DNA of 64,000 nucleotides, taken from assembly GCA_002189035.1 (NCBI GenBank), contig NEEC01000021.1:434001-498000 (forward strand). Direction: 5' to 3'. Source of the stretch: Utricularia gibba. Lineage: Eukaryota; Plantae; Magnoliophyta. The notes beneath the pieces were generated by a model. It saw nothing but the letters and a program-made list of their open reading frames with translations, was not told the DNA's origin and made no database searches. Within the stretch, counting starts at the first letter, position 1. Each line of letters opens with the position of its first letter. Of the stretch, positions 12,776 through 26,400 are shown piece after piece. The position numbers were made by a program, and so were the translations under genes.

Positions 12776-13320
12776 CAAAGTCCCTTCACAACAAACCTCC
12801 ATAGCATCACACCGGACATTTCTGAACACACATTGCACAGTAGATATGACCTTCGCTGGTTCAGGTTCACATATTGGATATATGTTTGATAACATTGGTT
12901 AAAAATATCAATATTTATAATAATTTATGTTTGATAAATTATTATTAAATTAGATAATTTTATATAAATTATCCAAAACACCTCCATGTTGTTAAATAGT
13001 TACAATAATACTATGTAAATAGATGGTTGTGAGAATAATTGCAGACCCCCTCCCCCACGTTAAGGTTTACACCTCAAAATTAATGACATGTGTGAAGATA
13101 AATAAAATTGTGTATTTTCACAATCACTATAATTTAAAATGTTTATTAATATGGCTTAATAAGCTTATCAAACATGTACTAAAAAAAATTAAAATTTCAA
13201 ATTAATTTAAAAAATTAGAATTTTTTTGAATCTATAATTTATTGATTAAATAAAATAATTACAATATTCAATTTTACACATTAAAAATGTATTATATTTT
13301 TACATTAAATTATCTCAATA

Positions 13321-13587
13321 GTATTAGATAATTTAATTTATTATTCTCAATCATAACCACCAATCTATTTCCTTCTTCACTTCAACATTTTTATTTACTA
13401 TTATCAACATTCCTAAGAAATTTTATCATTCATTTATCATTGAATTTTTATTAGTATTAGATAATTTAATTTATTATTCTCAATCATAACCACCAATCTA
13501 CTTTCCTTCTTCACTTTAACATTTTTATTTAATATTATCAACATTCCTAAGATATTTTATCATTCATTTAACATTGAATTTTTATTA
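13321..13587. repeat. Two-copy direct tandem duplication, 133-bp unit
   Basis: gtattagataatttaatttattattctcaatcataaccaccaatcta... starts at 13321 and again at 13454; copies differ by only a few substitutions and one indel. Confidence 0.9.
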
Positions 13588-15940
13588 ATTAAATCATTAC
13601 AATTTTGGTTTTCTTGGCAATTAATTTGTGATGTAGTCAAATTATTTAGATTTGGTGCTTTGAGTTTTAGAGATGGATGATCAAATTGTTGGGTGCAATC
13701 ACACATTGATGACCAAACATTTCATTTTATAATTCAACCAATGAGTTTTGAATAATATGACAAGTTTATTTCTATGGTAATTGTTTAGGGGTAATTATTG
13801 TGGACTAAAGTTGTCTTTTGGAAGCCAACATCCTAGAGCTTGCTAAAAATAATTCCAATTTTGATTTATAATGTTGTGTAGATGATATGAATAGCATTCA
13901 ATTATGGAGGATCATAAGTTTAGAAAAACTACCATATGTCATCAAATATGGATGTAATATGGGTAAATGTTTTATGAAGTAATATGGATCTTGTAAAATC
14001 TAGGAAGAAGCTTATTAGTGAGCAATAGAAAACAATCCAAGAAGAATTTTATAGTGCAGTAGGATGGTTAGGTGATTTCTCATAATATTAAATGATTTAT
14101 TGTGCTTGAAGAGTATTAAATGATTTACTATGTTTGGAAAGTATTAAATAAAAAATAAATTTGATAATTTAGAAAAAAAAAAAAGAGGGATCCTTGGATA
14201 CTAATAACAGATTTTACTCAAATGAAATGAAGAAGATGAAGAAAGTTTATTACAAGAATTTGAGAAAATAGGTTTGCTTCAAATTTGAGGATTGCTCTCC
14301 TTCTTCAAAAGGTATTATTCTTCATCCCAATTGTTAAACTAATGTTATTTGATACTTATATGATTAACGCTAGAGGAAATTATATTTTATTTTCTCCCAA
14401 TTGTCATGCTAATTTGAACATTATAAAAAGAATTTAAAACTTATTTTTTTCTTCATAATAATCTTTTTCCACAAAAAATTTATAATTGAAATTTATTATA
14501 TTTTACATAATAGAAATATATCTGAAAAACATAAAAATGATCTAATGTATGAAACAGTGTATAAATTTAATTTATTATTGATTAATAATATTTTTTATAT
14601 AATAAATACATTATTAATCTAATCCCAAAATAGAAGTCCATGACCAAAGCCCTAGCTCCATTACCGTACCACAGCCGCACCGGGTGACAACATAAACCAA
14701 ATGCTAGATATTATTATTTTATTGGTAATAATGCAATTATTATTATTATTATTTAAGTAATTTATATAATAATATAGTCCTACTCATTAAATACATTCAT
14801 TGCCTTGCATTTGCATTTAATAATTTAATTAATTGATTATATATTTGAATTATTTTTATTTAGATAAATAAAAATCATATAATGAAAATAAAAGTGTATT
14901 TAATATATAAATTTTATAGATGTATGTTGAAAATGATATTATAGATTTATTTAACCTAAATTAAAAAATCAACTTTCAATTATTAATTTACATGAAATAA
15001 GAGTTTTGAAAATATTATTGAATATATTACGAAAATATTTCATATGAAAATAGCAATGACATGTGTAATTCTCTTTTAGGTCATGTAAACTAAAAATATA
15101 GGGAAAAATTGTGAGATGAAAAAAGTCAATGACATGATAGAGATTTATATTTAATCATATTATTAATAAATGATTTGAATCCAATATTATTTTTATTTAC
15201 ATAAATTACTGATTTTTTATTTTATTACAAACAAAAACTAAAGAATGATGTTGGAATGTTTCACTATGGTATTAAACATTCTGGAAAAATTGTTAATTTG
15301 TGTCAGCCATAACTCTAAGCATTTTTTCATAAATTAATTCCATAATTTGATATGTTTTGCAAAATTATATTAGGATTGAATATTATGAAAATAACATAAG
15401 TATTAATTATTTTTAAATCAGTATCCTATGTTTCATCGTCTATTTAAAACCATCATCATGTTGATTTTATGTGAATTATAATTATATTGAATATTTATTT
15501 TCATATTTTTTGGATTGATTTATATTTTAAATTCAACCATTAAATGTTTAGATCAATTTTCTTGTAAAAATGTATCATTTTTTCAAAACTACTCCTATGA
15601 TTTTTGATGGATCATATAACCATATATGTGTATTCAACAGTTAGATTTAATATTTACATGAGTATTTTACAAAGTATTTTAAAATCAAATTGAATTCATG
15701 TTTTTTCATATTTTTTATTAAATATTTTTTATAAAATTATTGAATTGAATCCAAAAAAATTATGTATTTTGATTGACTTGAGTCTAAACCCGGGATTTTA
15801 CAATGTGGACTGTTGTGTTATTAAAATTAGGTCCTATAATTTTGATAGCATTAGGATTATTAATAAAATAATTAAAATATTATTTCTGTTATTAAAAAAA
15901 TAGGGAAATAATTAAGCTTGGAATAGCAGGGTTGTGATGA

Positions 15941-16294
15941 AGGCCCAATTAGGTTGCGCAAATCGGGCTTTACACGGCTGTCCTGTCAAGATCCACCTGA
16001 CTGGTCACGTGCCATGGACCTTCATCAAAGTTACGGTCCACCTCACCACACGATACAGATCCAAGGGGTGAGATGCATCCACGTGTCCACATGCCCGTCA
16101 ACAACCACCGTCGATTACAGGTGGAACGGTCAACTCGTGAGCCAGCGGTAGAAATCAATGGCCACCCTTGGATCATTTCCTCCATCGGCAATTGACGGTC
16201 AACAATCTGCCCGAGATTTAAACGGGCAGATCTCACCGCCTTTAAGAAGGGGCCTTGGATCTTTCCCCTTCCTCGCTCACTCCACAAACCCTAA
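15941..16294 (+). promoter_or_regulatory. Proximal promoter of GTE gene: site II (GGCCCA), G-boxes (16006, 16080), telo-box AAACCCTAA (16286)
   Basis: Motifs read directly; site II plus telo-box is an established arrangement in plant promoters of genes expressed in dividing cells. Confidence 0.5.
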
Positions 16295-16496
16295 CTCCCT
16301 GAATCTCAATTTACGAGTTGTCTTTTTGCCTTTTTTTTTTCTTCTTCTGCGATCCTTTGTTCCTCTTTGGGGGTTTGTGAGCTGGCGTCGCGGGGGAGGA
16401 ATTGTTGGATTTTAAGGCGGCAGCTGTTTTGATAAGATACATGTGTTTTGGGGGTAATTGGTGTTGTCGGAGATCGGTGGGGCGACGGTGGAATTC

Positions 16497-18504
16497 ATGG
16501 CTTCCGCCGTGTTAGCCAGCCAGAATGATTCGACCTGGGCTCCAATGGGGAAAATTACCTACTCAAATCCTCATATGACCGCGAACCCTAACCCTAACTC
16601 CAAGAAGAAGCAGAAGCAATTCCACGAAAACGCTGCACGGTATCACCAGCCTCATCATCTGCATCATAACAGTAGCAACTTTGATTCCCCAGTTGTGACG
16701 CAGACGGCGTCGGATGACGCCTATTCCTTCAACCAGCCGTCTACCAGCCGCAACGCTGTTAATTACGGTGGCTATTTGACTTTCGAGGTATCTACCTACA
16801 CCAAGTCTGAGCTTGTCTCGCTTCGGAAACGGCTATTGGCTGAGCTCGATCAAGTTCGGGAGTTTCGGAGTCGGGTTGAGGCGGGAGGGTTGGAGATTCC
16901 GAAATCGAAAGTGAAATCCAACAAGGTAGCTGGGAATACCAAGTACGTATCTGCTGCTGGCTCTGTTCCCAAGAAATTGAGCAACGGGTATGGCATTGGT
17001 AGTTCTGATGCCGTCAACGTTGAGGCTCTGATGAAGGAATGCAACAAGATAGTCTCGAAATTGATCAAACACAAACACGGGTATGTATTCCGCGTACCAG
17101 TCAATGCTGCTGCTTTGGGTCTTCACGATTATCACATGATTGTGAAGAGGCCCATGGATTTGGGGACCGTGAAGATTAATCTTTCCAAGTGTATGTATTC
17201 TACGCCTATTGAATTTGCTTCTGATGTTAGGCTAACGTTCAATAACGCGATGCTATACAACCCCAAGAATGATCCTGTCCATAGCATGGCGGAGCAGCTT
17301 TTGGCCATATTTGAGGAACTGTTTAGACCAGTACAGGACAAGATAGATATGCATTTGAATCGGCGGAGAGATGAATTTTGTGACTATGGGGATAATGGTG
17401 AGTTGCAGCTTCGTGCTATCGACGAGCTGCACGGTAGCTCTTGGAACAACAATATGAATCAAGTTGCGAGTTCCCCATTGAGAGCTAAGAAAGTGAAGTC
17501 AAAATCCAGCCCTGTTGATCAGGTTTTCAAGAAGCTTGATCGGCTCCCAGTGGCAGTGCAGGCCCATTCTAGTGCATCTACTCCATCGAATCCTCCTCCA
17601 CCACCCGTGAATCAGCCGCAGTTGCTCAAGGAGTGTACCCCCTCTCCTGTGAGAGCCCCTCCTCCAGTCAAGGAACAAAAGATGGGAAGAGGGACGACTG
17701 TCAGACAGCCTAAGCCCAAGGCTAAAGATCCCAATAAAAGAGATATGAGCATGGAGGAAAAGCAAAAACTTGGGCTTGGATTACAAAGTCTGCCCCAGGA
17801 AAAGATGCCTCAACTAATACAGATTATTAGGAAGAGGAATGAGCATTTGGCTCAAGATGGCGATGAAATCGAACTCGACATCGAGGCCCTTGACACGGAG
17901 ACACTATGGGAGCTCGATCGTTTTGTGACAAATTGGAAGAAAATGGTGAGCAAGACAAAGAGACTAGCGCTGATGATGAACTATAATGCGGATGGTGGGT
18001 CAGCTCCTCCTCCCTCCTCCATGGACGCCAAACTTGATGAGGTGAGTTCATCTTTCAGACACTCCAATAAACGCTTGTGTTTAATCTTGTCTGTAATTAT
18101 TTCCATCCTGCCCGTATAGGCTGGTTTAATGCTCGACAAGGATAATGATCTCTCAATGAGAGTGAAGGAGAACGAGGATGAAGATGTAGATATCGATGAT
18201 GATACACCCGCAGCAAGCTTCCCCCCAGTGGACATCGAAAAAGATGAAGGGGCTCCAGGTGGGGGCGCCGCCGCTCTCGAGCATGATCGAGAGCACGACA
18301 CTGCCGACCGCCACGCTCATCCTAGTAGCAGTAGCAGCTCTGGTAGCTCAAGCAGCGGTTCATCATCATCCAGCGGTAATGATTCTTTGCCATTAACTGA
18401 CCCAAGTTTGCGGCTGTGTATACTCAATCTACTCTGATCCTACAGATTCCGAATCTGGAAGCTCATCCGGGAGTGAATCTGATGGCGATGATGCCCACTC
18501 TTGA
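16497..18504 (+). CDS. GTE: Bromodomain and extra-terminal (BET/GTE2/GTE7-like) transcription factor; exons 16497-18041, 18120-18375, 18446-18504
   Basis: MASAVLAS start; bromodomain HKHGYVFRVPVN...LHDYHMIVKRPMDLGTVK...FASDVRLTFNNAMLYNP; ET domain KRDMSMEEKQKL...DEIELDIEALDTETLWELDRFV; Ser-rich tail; splice sites checked in frame. Confidence 0.93.
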
Positions 18505-19009
18505 TTCCACTCTGAAGAAGCCTTTGCTGGGCTTGTAGCCGCTATGCCTCTTCATGATTCTGGGGATATCCGGGAGTGCCTACCAGACTTGGACTTGGTC
18601 GGTCGCTGAGCATCCCAAATGTCAACTTCGGGGGAAGCAGATCCGGGGATATTTTAGTGGCTATTGTTCGGTCGCGTGTGCTTGTAATGAAATTGAATGA
18701 ACTTGTGAGATTTTTCAGACTGGCAACGTTGTCTGAAAGACGGCCCCCCCTCCTGCACAGTTTTCCCACAAAGTTACCTAGTACAAGAATGTCCCCATCT
18801 CCATCTTATCGAGCTCTTGGCCACACAGCCAGGATGGAACCTGAATGACGAAAGTGCGCGCTCTTGACCACAGCCAAGTCGTCGTTCCATACGAGAATAA
18901 AAGATTTGGCTTACAAGCCTCATCAAGTAGCGAGTGAGGGTTACTGTAACAATCAAGTGCGGGCAAAAGGATCTATGGAAAAGAGCAGGTGGATGATGCT
19001 TCGGGTCAC

Positions 19010-21608
19010 CTACTTCTTTACCTCTTCGTAGTCGGCCTCCGGCGGCTGATCACCGCCGCTTTTGGGTTCATCGGAAGGGCCTTTACCGGACATGTACTGG
19101 CCTATTTTCGATACTGCACTGTTTGCTGCATCGAGCTTCGCCTTGATGTCATCGATGTTCTCGGTTCCCATGGCACTTCGCAAGTTGGACACGGCGGTCT
19201 GTATTTCGGTCACCACTTCGCTAGGGATCTTGTCCTTGTATTCGTTTAAGCTCTTTTCAATGCTGTATATGGTTGTGTCTGCATTGTTCCTGAGGTCAAT
19301 CAGTGCCTTCCTCTCCTGATCCTTCTGCGCATGCATCTCTGCTTCCTTGACCATTTGTTCAATCTCATGATCTGATAACCCACCAGAAGACCGTATTGTA
19401 ATCTGCTGCTCCTTGCCGGTGGTCTTGTCTTTTGCAGAAACGGTTACGATTCCGTTGGCATCGATATCGAATGTCACTTCGATCTGAGGCATGCCTCTGG
19501 GCGCTGGAGCAATGCCAACCAGCTCGAACTCACCAAGGAGTTTGTTATCTGAAGCCATTTCCCTTTCTCCTTGCAATACCTTGATACCCACTTGGGTTTG
19601 ATTGTCCGCTGCGGTGGAGAATGTCTACGAAATTGCAAGTGAAATAGGCGTGAGAGGGGAGATCCAATTCAGTTCAAGAAATGGAGGACATGCAAGTAAA
19701 TGCTCACCTGGCTTTTCTTCGTTGGTATGGTTGTGTTTCTGCTGATCAATCTGGTAAAGATCCCTCCCAGTGTCTCGATACCAAGGGAAAGAGGGGTTAC
19801 ATCGAGCAGAAGCAACTCCTTCACATCACCTTTCAGTATAGCTCCCTGGATGGCAGCACCCATGGCCACGGCCTCGTCTGGGTTCACACCTTTGCTTGGA
19901 GTTTTCCCAAAAATCTCGGCAACAACTTCTTGAACCTTAGGGACACGCGTCATCCCTCCAACAAGAAGGACTTCATCGACATCCTTGGTGGATATCCCAG
20001 CATCCTTCAAACAACTTTTGCAAGGTGCCCTGGTTCTTTCTATTAAATTGTTCACCAGAGCTTCGAACTTTGATCTTGTCAAAGTTATATTCAAATGCTT
20101 TGCGCCAGATGAATCTGCAGTTATGAAGGGTAGGTTGATTTCGGTCTGTGAGGTAGATGAAAGCTCAATTTTTGCTTTCTCGGCTGCCTCTCGAAGCCTT
20201 TGCAGTGCAAGCCTGTCCTTCGCCAAATCAATGCCTTCTGTCCTCTTAAACTCCCCAACTAGAAACTCCAACAGGGTGTTATCGAAATCCTCTCCTCCCA
20301 AAAATGTATCGCCATTAGTTGCTTTGACCTGTGAAAGGCATTTTTTATTATAACTCAGGGTTCTATACAATAAAGAATGAAAGGAAAAAATTATCAAATT
20401 CGTTATTACCTCAAAAACGCCACCCGATATCTCCAAAATAGACACATCAAAAGTTCCACCTCCAAGATCAAAAACAGCAACTAACCCCTCTTTGTTGTTC
20501 AATCCATATGAAAGTGCAGCGGCTGTAGGCTCATTGATGATTCTTTCAACATCAAGGCCTGCTATTCTTCCAGCGTCCTTGGTAGCTTGCCTCTGTGCAT
20601 CATTGAAATAGGCGGGGACAGTGATGACAGCCTTACTTATTGACTTATTGAGATATGACTCGGCTGTTTCCTTCATCTTCGTCAAAACAAAAGCACCAAT
20701 CTGACTTGCAGAATATTGTTGTCCATTTGCTTCGACCCACGCATCTCCATTGGGAGCCCTCACAATCTTATAGGGGACCATCTTCATCTCCTTTTGTGTC
20801 TGAGGATCATCAAACCTCCTACCAATGAGCCGCTTAGTTCCAAAGACTGTGTTCGTCGGATTTGTCACAGCTTGTCTCTTTGCCGGTGTTCCAACCAGAA
20901 GCTCTCCCTTCTGGTTGAAAGCAACCACTGATGGGGTTGTTCGCGCTCCCTCGGAGTTTTCAATGACTTTTGGTGTCTGAATAAAAATTTGATACATAAT
21001 GAGCTATGTAATTTGCAAACAGGTCAAGCAGTGTCATTGGACGAGCAGAGGTAAACCTACCTTTCCCTCCGACACAGCTACACAGGAATTTGTAGTACCC
21101 AAATCAATGCCAATAATCTCATTTCCGGCGGGCTTTGAGCTGAAACAACATCAAAGTGTCTTCAATACCCTACAGGAAAAGCCCTATGCAAGGAAATTAA
21201 AGTCATCATACCTGAAGGCGCGGGTAATAGTCGCCCAGTTGTTACCCGCCATCCGCGAAGGGTTGACATTTCCGGCTAACTGCACAGGTAACGAATTCTT
21301 CCGGTCATATGCCAAAACACACAACAGATAATGATAATGTGCTAGCAATGGAAAAAACATAAAACACTAATTTCAATGGTTGCATATGGATTCAATTGCA
21401 TAATCCAACTCTAAGAGCAAAAACGCAAAGAAAACACAACTCGCAGGACGCGAAACTAAGAAAACGTAGATCGACAACCACAAAAATACCGAAAAAAAAA
21501 AAACAGCTTTCAACTATCAAATATGATCGGAGGAGGGAGGCTCACAGTTGTAAACGCAGGAGAAAATTCACGACGGCGTAAAGATCTCAGGAGAACAGAG
21601 GCCGCCAT
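19010..21608 (-). CDS. mtHsc70: Mitochondrial heat shock 70 kDa protein, 6 exons
   Basis: Presequence [15 protein letters not shown] (ATG 21608); [15 protein letters not shown]; [19 protein letters not shown]; [18 protein letters not shown]; [12 protein letters not shown]; C-terminal [11 protein letters not shown] typical of plant mitochondrial HSP70. Confidence 0.96.
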
Positions 21609-21646
21609 CTCCAACAAAAGCAACGGAAATGAGGAGATTCTGGGCT

Positions 21647-21701
21647 TTAGGGTTTAAGAGCAGATAGGGGTGAGGGGCTGGGAAGAAAGAAGGTTCTAGA
21701 T
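21647..21701 (-). promoter_or_regulatory. Telo-box (21647-21655) and heat-shock-element-like GAAnnTTCnnGAT (21689-21701) upstream of mtHsc70
   Basis: TTAGGGTTT and GAAGGTTCTAGAT read directly, 40-95 bp upstream of the ATG. Confidence 0.5.
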
Positions 21702-22464
21702 GCATCTCGGTCTCCGAGAGTACATTTTACATGAAGGTGTACGACTGGTAGCAATAGATGGATTTACTTTTTAATTGTAATTATCGGTAGGTTTAAATTT
21801 TTAATGGGGTTAAGTAAGGTAGTTGAGTTAATTATATTTTTGAGTTAAATAAATCCACGTTATAAATATATATTTGAAAGAATATTATATTTAATAGGTA
21901 TTTTTAAAATTAAAATCATTCTTCATTCTTCATTTCTTTCTCTTCTTTTTCTTTATATATCTAAATATATTTCCTTTTTATCTATTTTTTTCTTCTATTT
22001 ATTTGCTTGATCATATCCTCTTGAGATGAAGATATGCAGCCTCTTTTCTAGAAAGATATCAAATGGATCTTTACAAGTGTGAATGGTTATACAGTCATAT
22101 AATGTTCTATTCTCATTGAACATGGTCTTGAGCATACAATAGTCTCATCGAACATGCGTGTGAGGATATTCGAGATTGCCATCTTACAATTCTTTAATAA
22201 AGATACAAGTCACTCATGTTGGGTCCAAAATTTAGAGGTGGTCATGGGTTTGATTCGTACGAGTTCAAGTCGAATCAAATGAGTCAAAGACGAGCAAGTG
22301 GACTCGTCGAGTCTAACTCACCACAAGTTGATACTTGACTTGATCAATTTGTTATATGAGTCGAATCCATATATTCAACTCATCAACTCGTGATTTGATG
22401 AGTGTTGGGTCATGTCCAACCACCACATGGCTTCATTAGCTTGAATCATATAATCTCATCATTG

Positions 22465-22687
22465 AGATTGTGTTTGGTAGAGAGGATAAAATGGATAGTT
22501 AAATGAGAAAATAAGAATAGAATATTTGATATATGAGATAAATTATATTTATGATAAATTATACTATGAATATGAGATAAAATAATGGAATGAGAGAGGA
22601 TTAAATAAAATTATACTATCATATATTCTTTCTTTATATATCACCTCGTATCTTTGATATAATTTATTCATGTACCAAACACAATCC
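22465..22687. mobile_element. Tourist-like MITE (PIF/Harbinger family), ~223 bp
   Basis: Terminal inverted repeats AGATTGTGTTTGGTA / TACCAAACACAATCC (14 of 15 match), AT-rich interior, TAA on right flank; left TSD imperfect. Confidence 0.65.
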
Positions 22688-23452
22688 TAATGATTAAACT
22701 CCTATTAGGTTTATTCCCTTACCCAACATGCATCTTCTCATACATGTTTCTTATCATATATGCACCTTATCACACATGTTACTCATCTCACATGAACACC
22801 TAATGGTTTCTCTTTTGTTAATGCACTTGGTCTTCTCATTCTTTCACATCTTTCATATAATAAAATAACATCATGAACATTTCCAGCTCAAATCTTCTAT
22901 CCCTCATGGATTAGTTTTTTAATGATTTTGTTCACACAGTAACAAATAATAAGTGTGTAATTAAAACAACAATTACTTGCATAGCTTAACCCGTAATGAC
23001 CCATTGACTGTGGATTAGTCTTTAATTTAATTAGGGCAATGGACAACAGTCGACGGTGGTTCAGTTGCGATTAATCGGAAAAAAGATTAATTTTATCAAA
23101 TTATCAAATAATTGAAATAAAATATATCTTGTTTTTAAATATGAAGAATTAAACATCAAAATATGAAAACTAAATATGCCATAGAGATTAATTATATTAT
23201 TTTCATTAAATATTATAAATTAATCGTATCAATTTTAAGAATAATATAGATGTATACAGTGTAGTGCCCAATTAACTTGTATTGATTGGATTAAGTATCT
23301 TGTTTAGGAAGAAACCTTTTTTTCCCATTTAATTGGGGATTTTGAATTGTGTTCAAATTTGGCCAATTCTGTTTCGTCTTTGAGTTTGGGTTTCACAGAC
23401 GATTTGATTTGGAACACCCAAATTCAAACATCCCGTGCGCATCAAATTTCAC

Positions 23453-26400
23453 ATGGCGGATGAGAAGGCCGCGGCCGTAGCGGCGCCGTTGGGGCACTCG
23501 GTGATTCCGATTGTGAATAAACTGCAGGATATTTTCGCTCAATTGGGGAGTCAGTCCACGATTGAGCTACCGCAGGTGGCGGTGGTGGGTAGTCAGAGCA
23601 GTGGTAAATCGAGTGTCCTGGAGTCGCTCGTGGGTCGTGATTTCCTGCCTCGCGGGAATGATATCTGCACCAGGCGTCCACTTGTCCTTCAGTTGGTGCA
23701 GACGAAGCGGAAGGCTGATGGCCCGGACGAAGAGTGGGGGGAGTTCTTGCATCGGCCAACGAAGAAATTCTTTGATTTCACTGAGATAAGGAAGGAAATT
23801 CAGGTTTCCACGCTCCTCGACTTAATTTTTGTTACTCGTATAGTGTCGTTTGAAAATTTGGCGCTAATTAATGCTGCTGTACCAAGATGTTAGGTTCTTT
23901 AGATGAACTTTTTCGGAATTATAGAAGATAATTTGTGTGCAATGCTCCTTGATTTCGATTGCAGTTACTATCATATTGTAAAATTGCGATACAAGCACTT
24001 TGTTTTGAAAGTAGCATTCTGATGTGTTCGAGGCCTTTGCCTTAATTTGATCATGTGCGTATGTTTCAGTTCTTAACTTCATCATTCTTGTGCTCCATCA
24101 GACCTTATTGCCTTCCAAATCTAGCCTAAGACCTTATTCTAGTTACATGAAACGAACCCATGTTTTTAAGGTGGTTTTTTCCCGTGTGATTGTGTTCCTT
24201 AAGCCATGCTACGTCTGATCATTTATTTGATATGAAAACTCATCCATTTATCTTTAAGAAAATATTCGATATTGCCATCTTTCTCTTGATATTTGGTATT
24301 ATGTATGTATTTACTTGCTAACGTAAGATAATGTGATGAACTTTCTCTTTTAGATTGTATGGTGATTCAACTTCCATTAGTTTTGCTTAGATGCAGTAAC
24401 CTTTTTGGATATGCAATATTATGGTTCGAGTGATCTTACCATACTAGATTCTCTTGAAACTTTACAGGCTGAAACTGAGAGGGAAGCTGGGGGAATAAAG
24501 GTGTGTCTGACAAGCAGATACGCTTGAAGATTTTCTCACCAAATGTTCTTGATATCACTCTTGTGGACCTGCCGGGGCTTACGAAAGTCCCTGTTGGGGA
24601 TCAACCATCTGATATTGAGGCACGTATCAGAACTATGATTATGTCATACATCAGGCGCCCAAGTTGTCTGATCCTTGCTGTGACCCCGGCAAATTCTGAT
24701 CTGGCAAATTCAGATGCTCTCCAAATGGCTGTAGCTGCTGATCCCGGAGGTTGTTCTTCTTAATTTTTTTTATTTATATGGACATCTTGGCATAAAGCTA
24801 TCACGTTGTATCTAGATACTTCATCTGACATGCAGATTTTACTGAATTTCAGGTGATAGAACAATTGGTGTGATTACGAAGGTATATATGCTTTGGTCTG
24901 GTGAATAGCTCCGAAAATTTATTTTGTAATGTTTTTGATGTTATTTGTGTTCCATTTCTTTGCATTGTTGCTTCAGTTGGATATTATGGATCGGGGTACT
25001 GATGCACGCAATTTCTTGCTTGGTAAAGTGATTCCTCTTCAGCTTGGGTATGTTGGAATTGTTAATCGCAGCCAAGAGGTACTATTTCGACTAGTAAGAT
25101 ATGGTAGGAGCATCCATGATTTACATTAGACTGAGAATTCTCTATTGCCGTTTCTTAGGACATTCTGCTGAATCGAACCATTAAAGATGCTCTTATTGCA
25201 GAGGAGAAATTCTTTCGCAGTCGGCCTGTAGAGTTTTTTCTTCTTTGATTTATATTTTTTCATCATGTTGTCTCCGAGTTTTATAGGCCATTTATCCATT
25301 ATTGTTTTCTGACAACTTATGCATAGGTATACAATGATCTTTCTGATCGATGTGGTGTACAACAACTGGCCAAGAAGCTGAATAAGGTTATCATGTGGGG
25401 AAGATCCCTTGAATTGATGTGGTTTTGGCAGGCTCTAGGAATTGATGTTTACCTTGGAAAATGAAGGAATTCGTGAAAAATTTTATACTGAGTTTCATGC
25501 TGATACTTGGATATAACAAGCTTTTTTGTTTTTGCCCAGGTTTTGGTACAGCATATTAAGTCCGTTCTTCCAGGATTGAGATCTCGCATTAGTGCTGCAC
25601 TCGTGTCTGTGGCAAAAGAGCATGCCAGCTATGGTGTGATTTCCGAATCAAAGGTGATTTTTGTTTTTCTTTTGTTTTTGTGTGTTCATTCAACTATTGT
25701 TTGAAAAAGTTTCTCTTTTTTAGAGTCAATTTCACTGGCTTTAAGTACGATATATTTATTTCATGATATATGGTTTTAGTGTAGTTTGATCTGTTGGTTC
25801 TATCATGAGCTTTAATTAAATTACTGTTGCAAACAGGCCAGCCAAGGTGCATTACTTCTAAACATGCTCTCCAAATACTCAGAAGGTATGCGTTTCAGAG
25901 TGTCCTTCAATTCAAGTGGCCAAAATATTATTTACTTTTTTCTTTACATCATGATGCACCAGCATTCAGCTCATTGATTGATGGAAAAAACGATGAAATG
26001 TCGACATCTGAACTGTCTGGTGGAGCAAGAATCCATTACATTTTCCAAAATATTTTTGTAAAGAGCTTGGAGGTATGTGGTATTTGTTTTGTTTTGCTGT
26101 TTTCTGATCTCTAACACTTATAAAGCATTGGCGTGGATAATATGCTCATTAATGCTTCTCTTAAAAGGATCAGATTTATAGATTTAATTATTCTGTTTTT
26201 TGGAGTGACCGATTTCTAATAAAGTGCGGTGGTAAATACTTAAATATTCCAAGAGAGCATTTGAATTCAATTTGCGCCAATTGCAGTCATCCAACTTAGG
26301 ATTACGAAAAATTAACTGTAAAAATTGGCAGAATGAATTTTTTTCTGGTCTATTTAGACGTTTCATTGTAGAGAAATACTGTTTTTTTATTTTAATACTT

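Noticed and set aside
12877-13180. Possible Tourist-like MITE (ATGTTTGATAA ... TTATCAAACAT)
   Set aside because: The inverted match is short and AT-rich with no clear TSD.
16458-16496. Upstream non-ATG extension of the GTE ORF
   Set aside because: The ORF track starts at TTG; the family-typical MASAVLA start is the ATG at 16497.
22233-22430. Possible hAT-like MITE beginning TAGAGGTGGTCATGGG
   Set aside because: The right end matches poorly and no 8-bp TSD was found.
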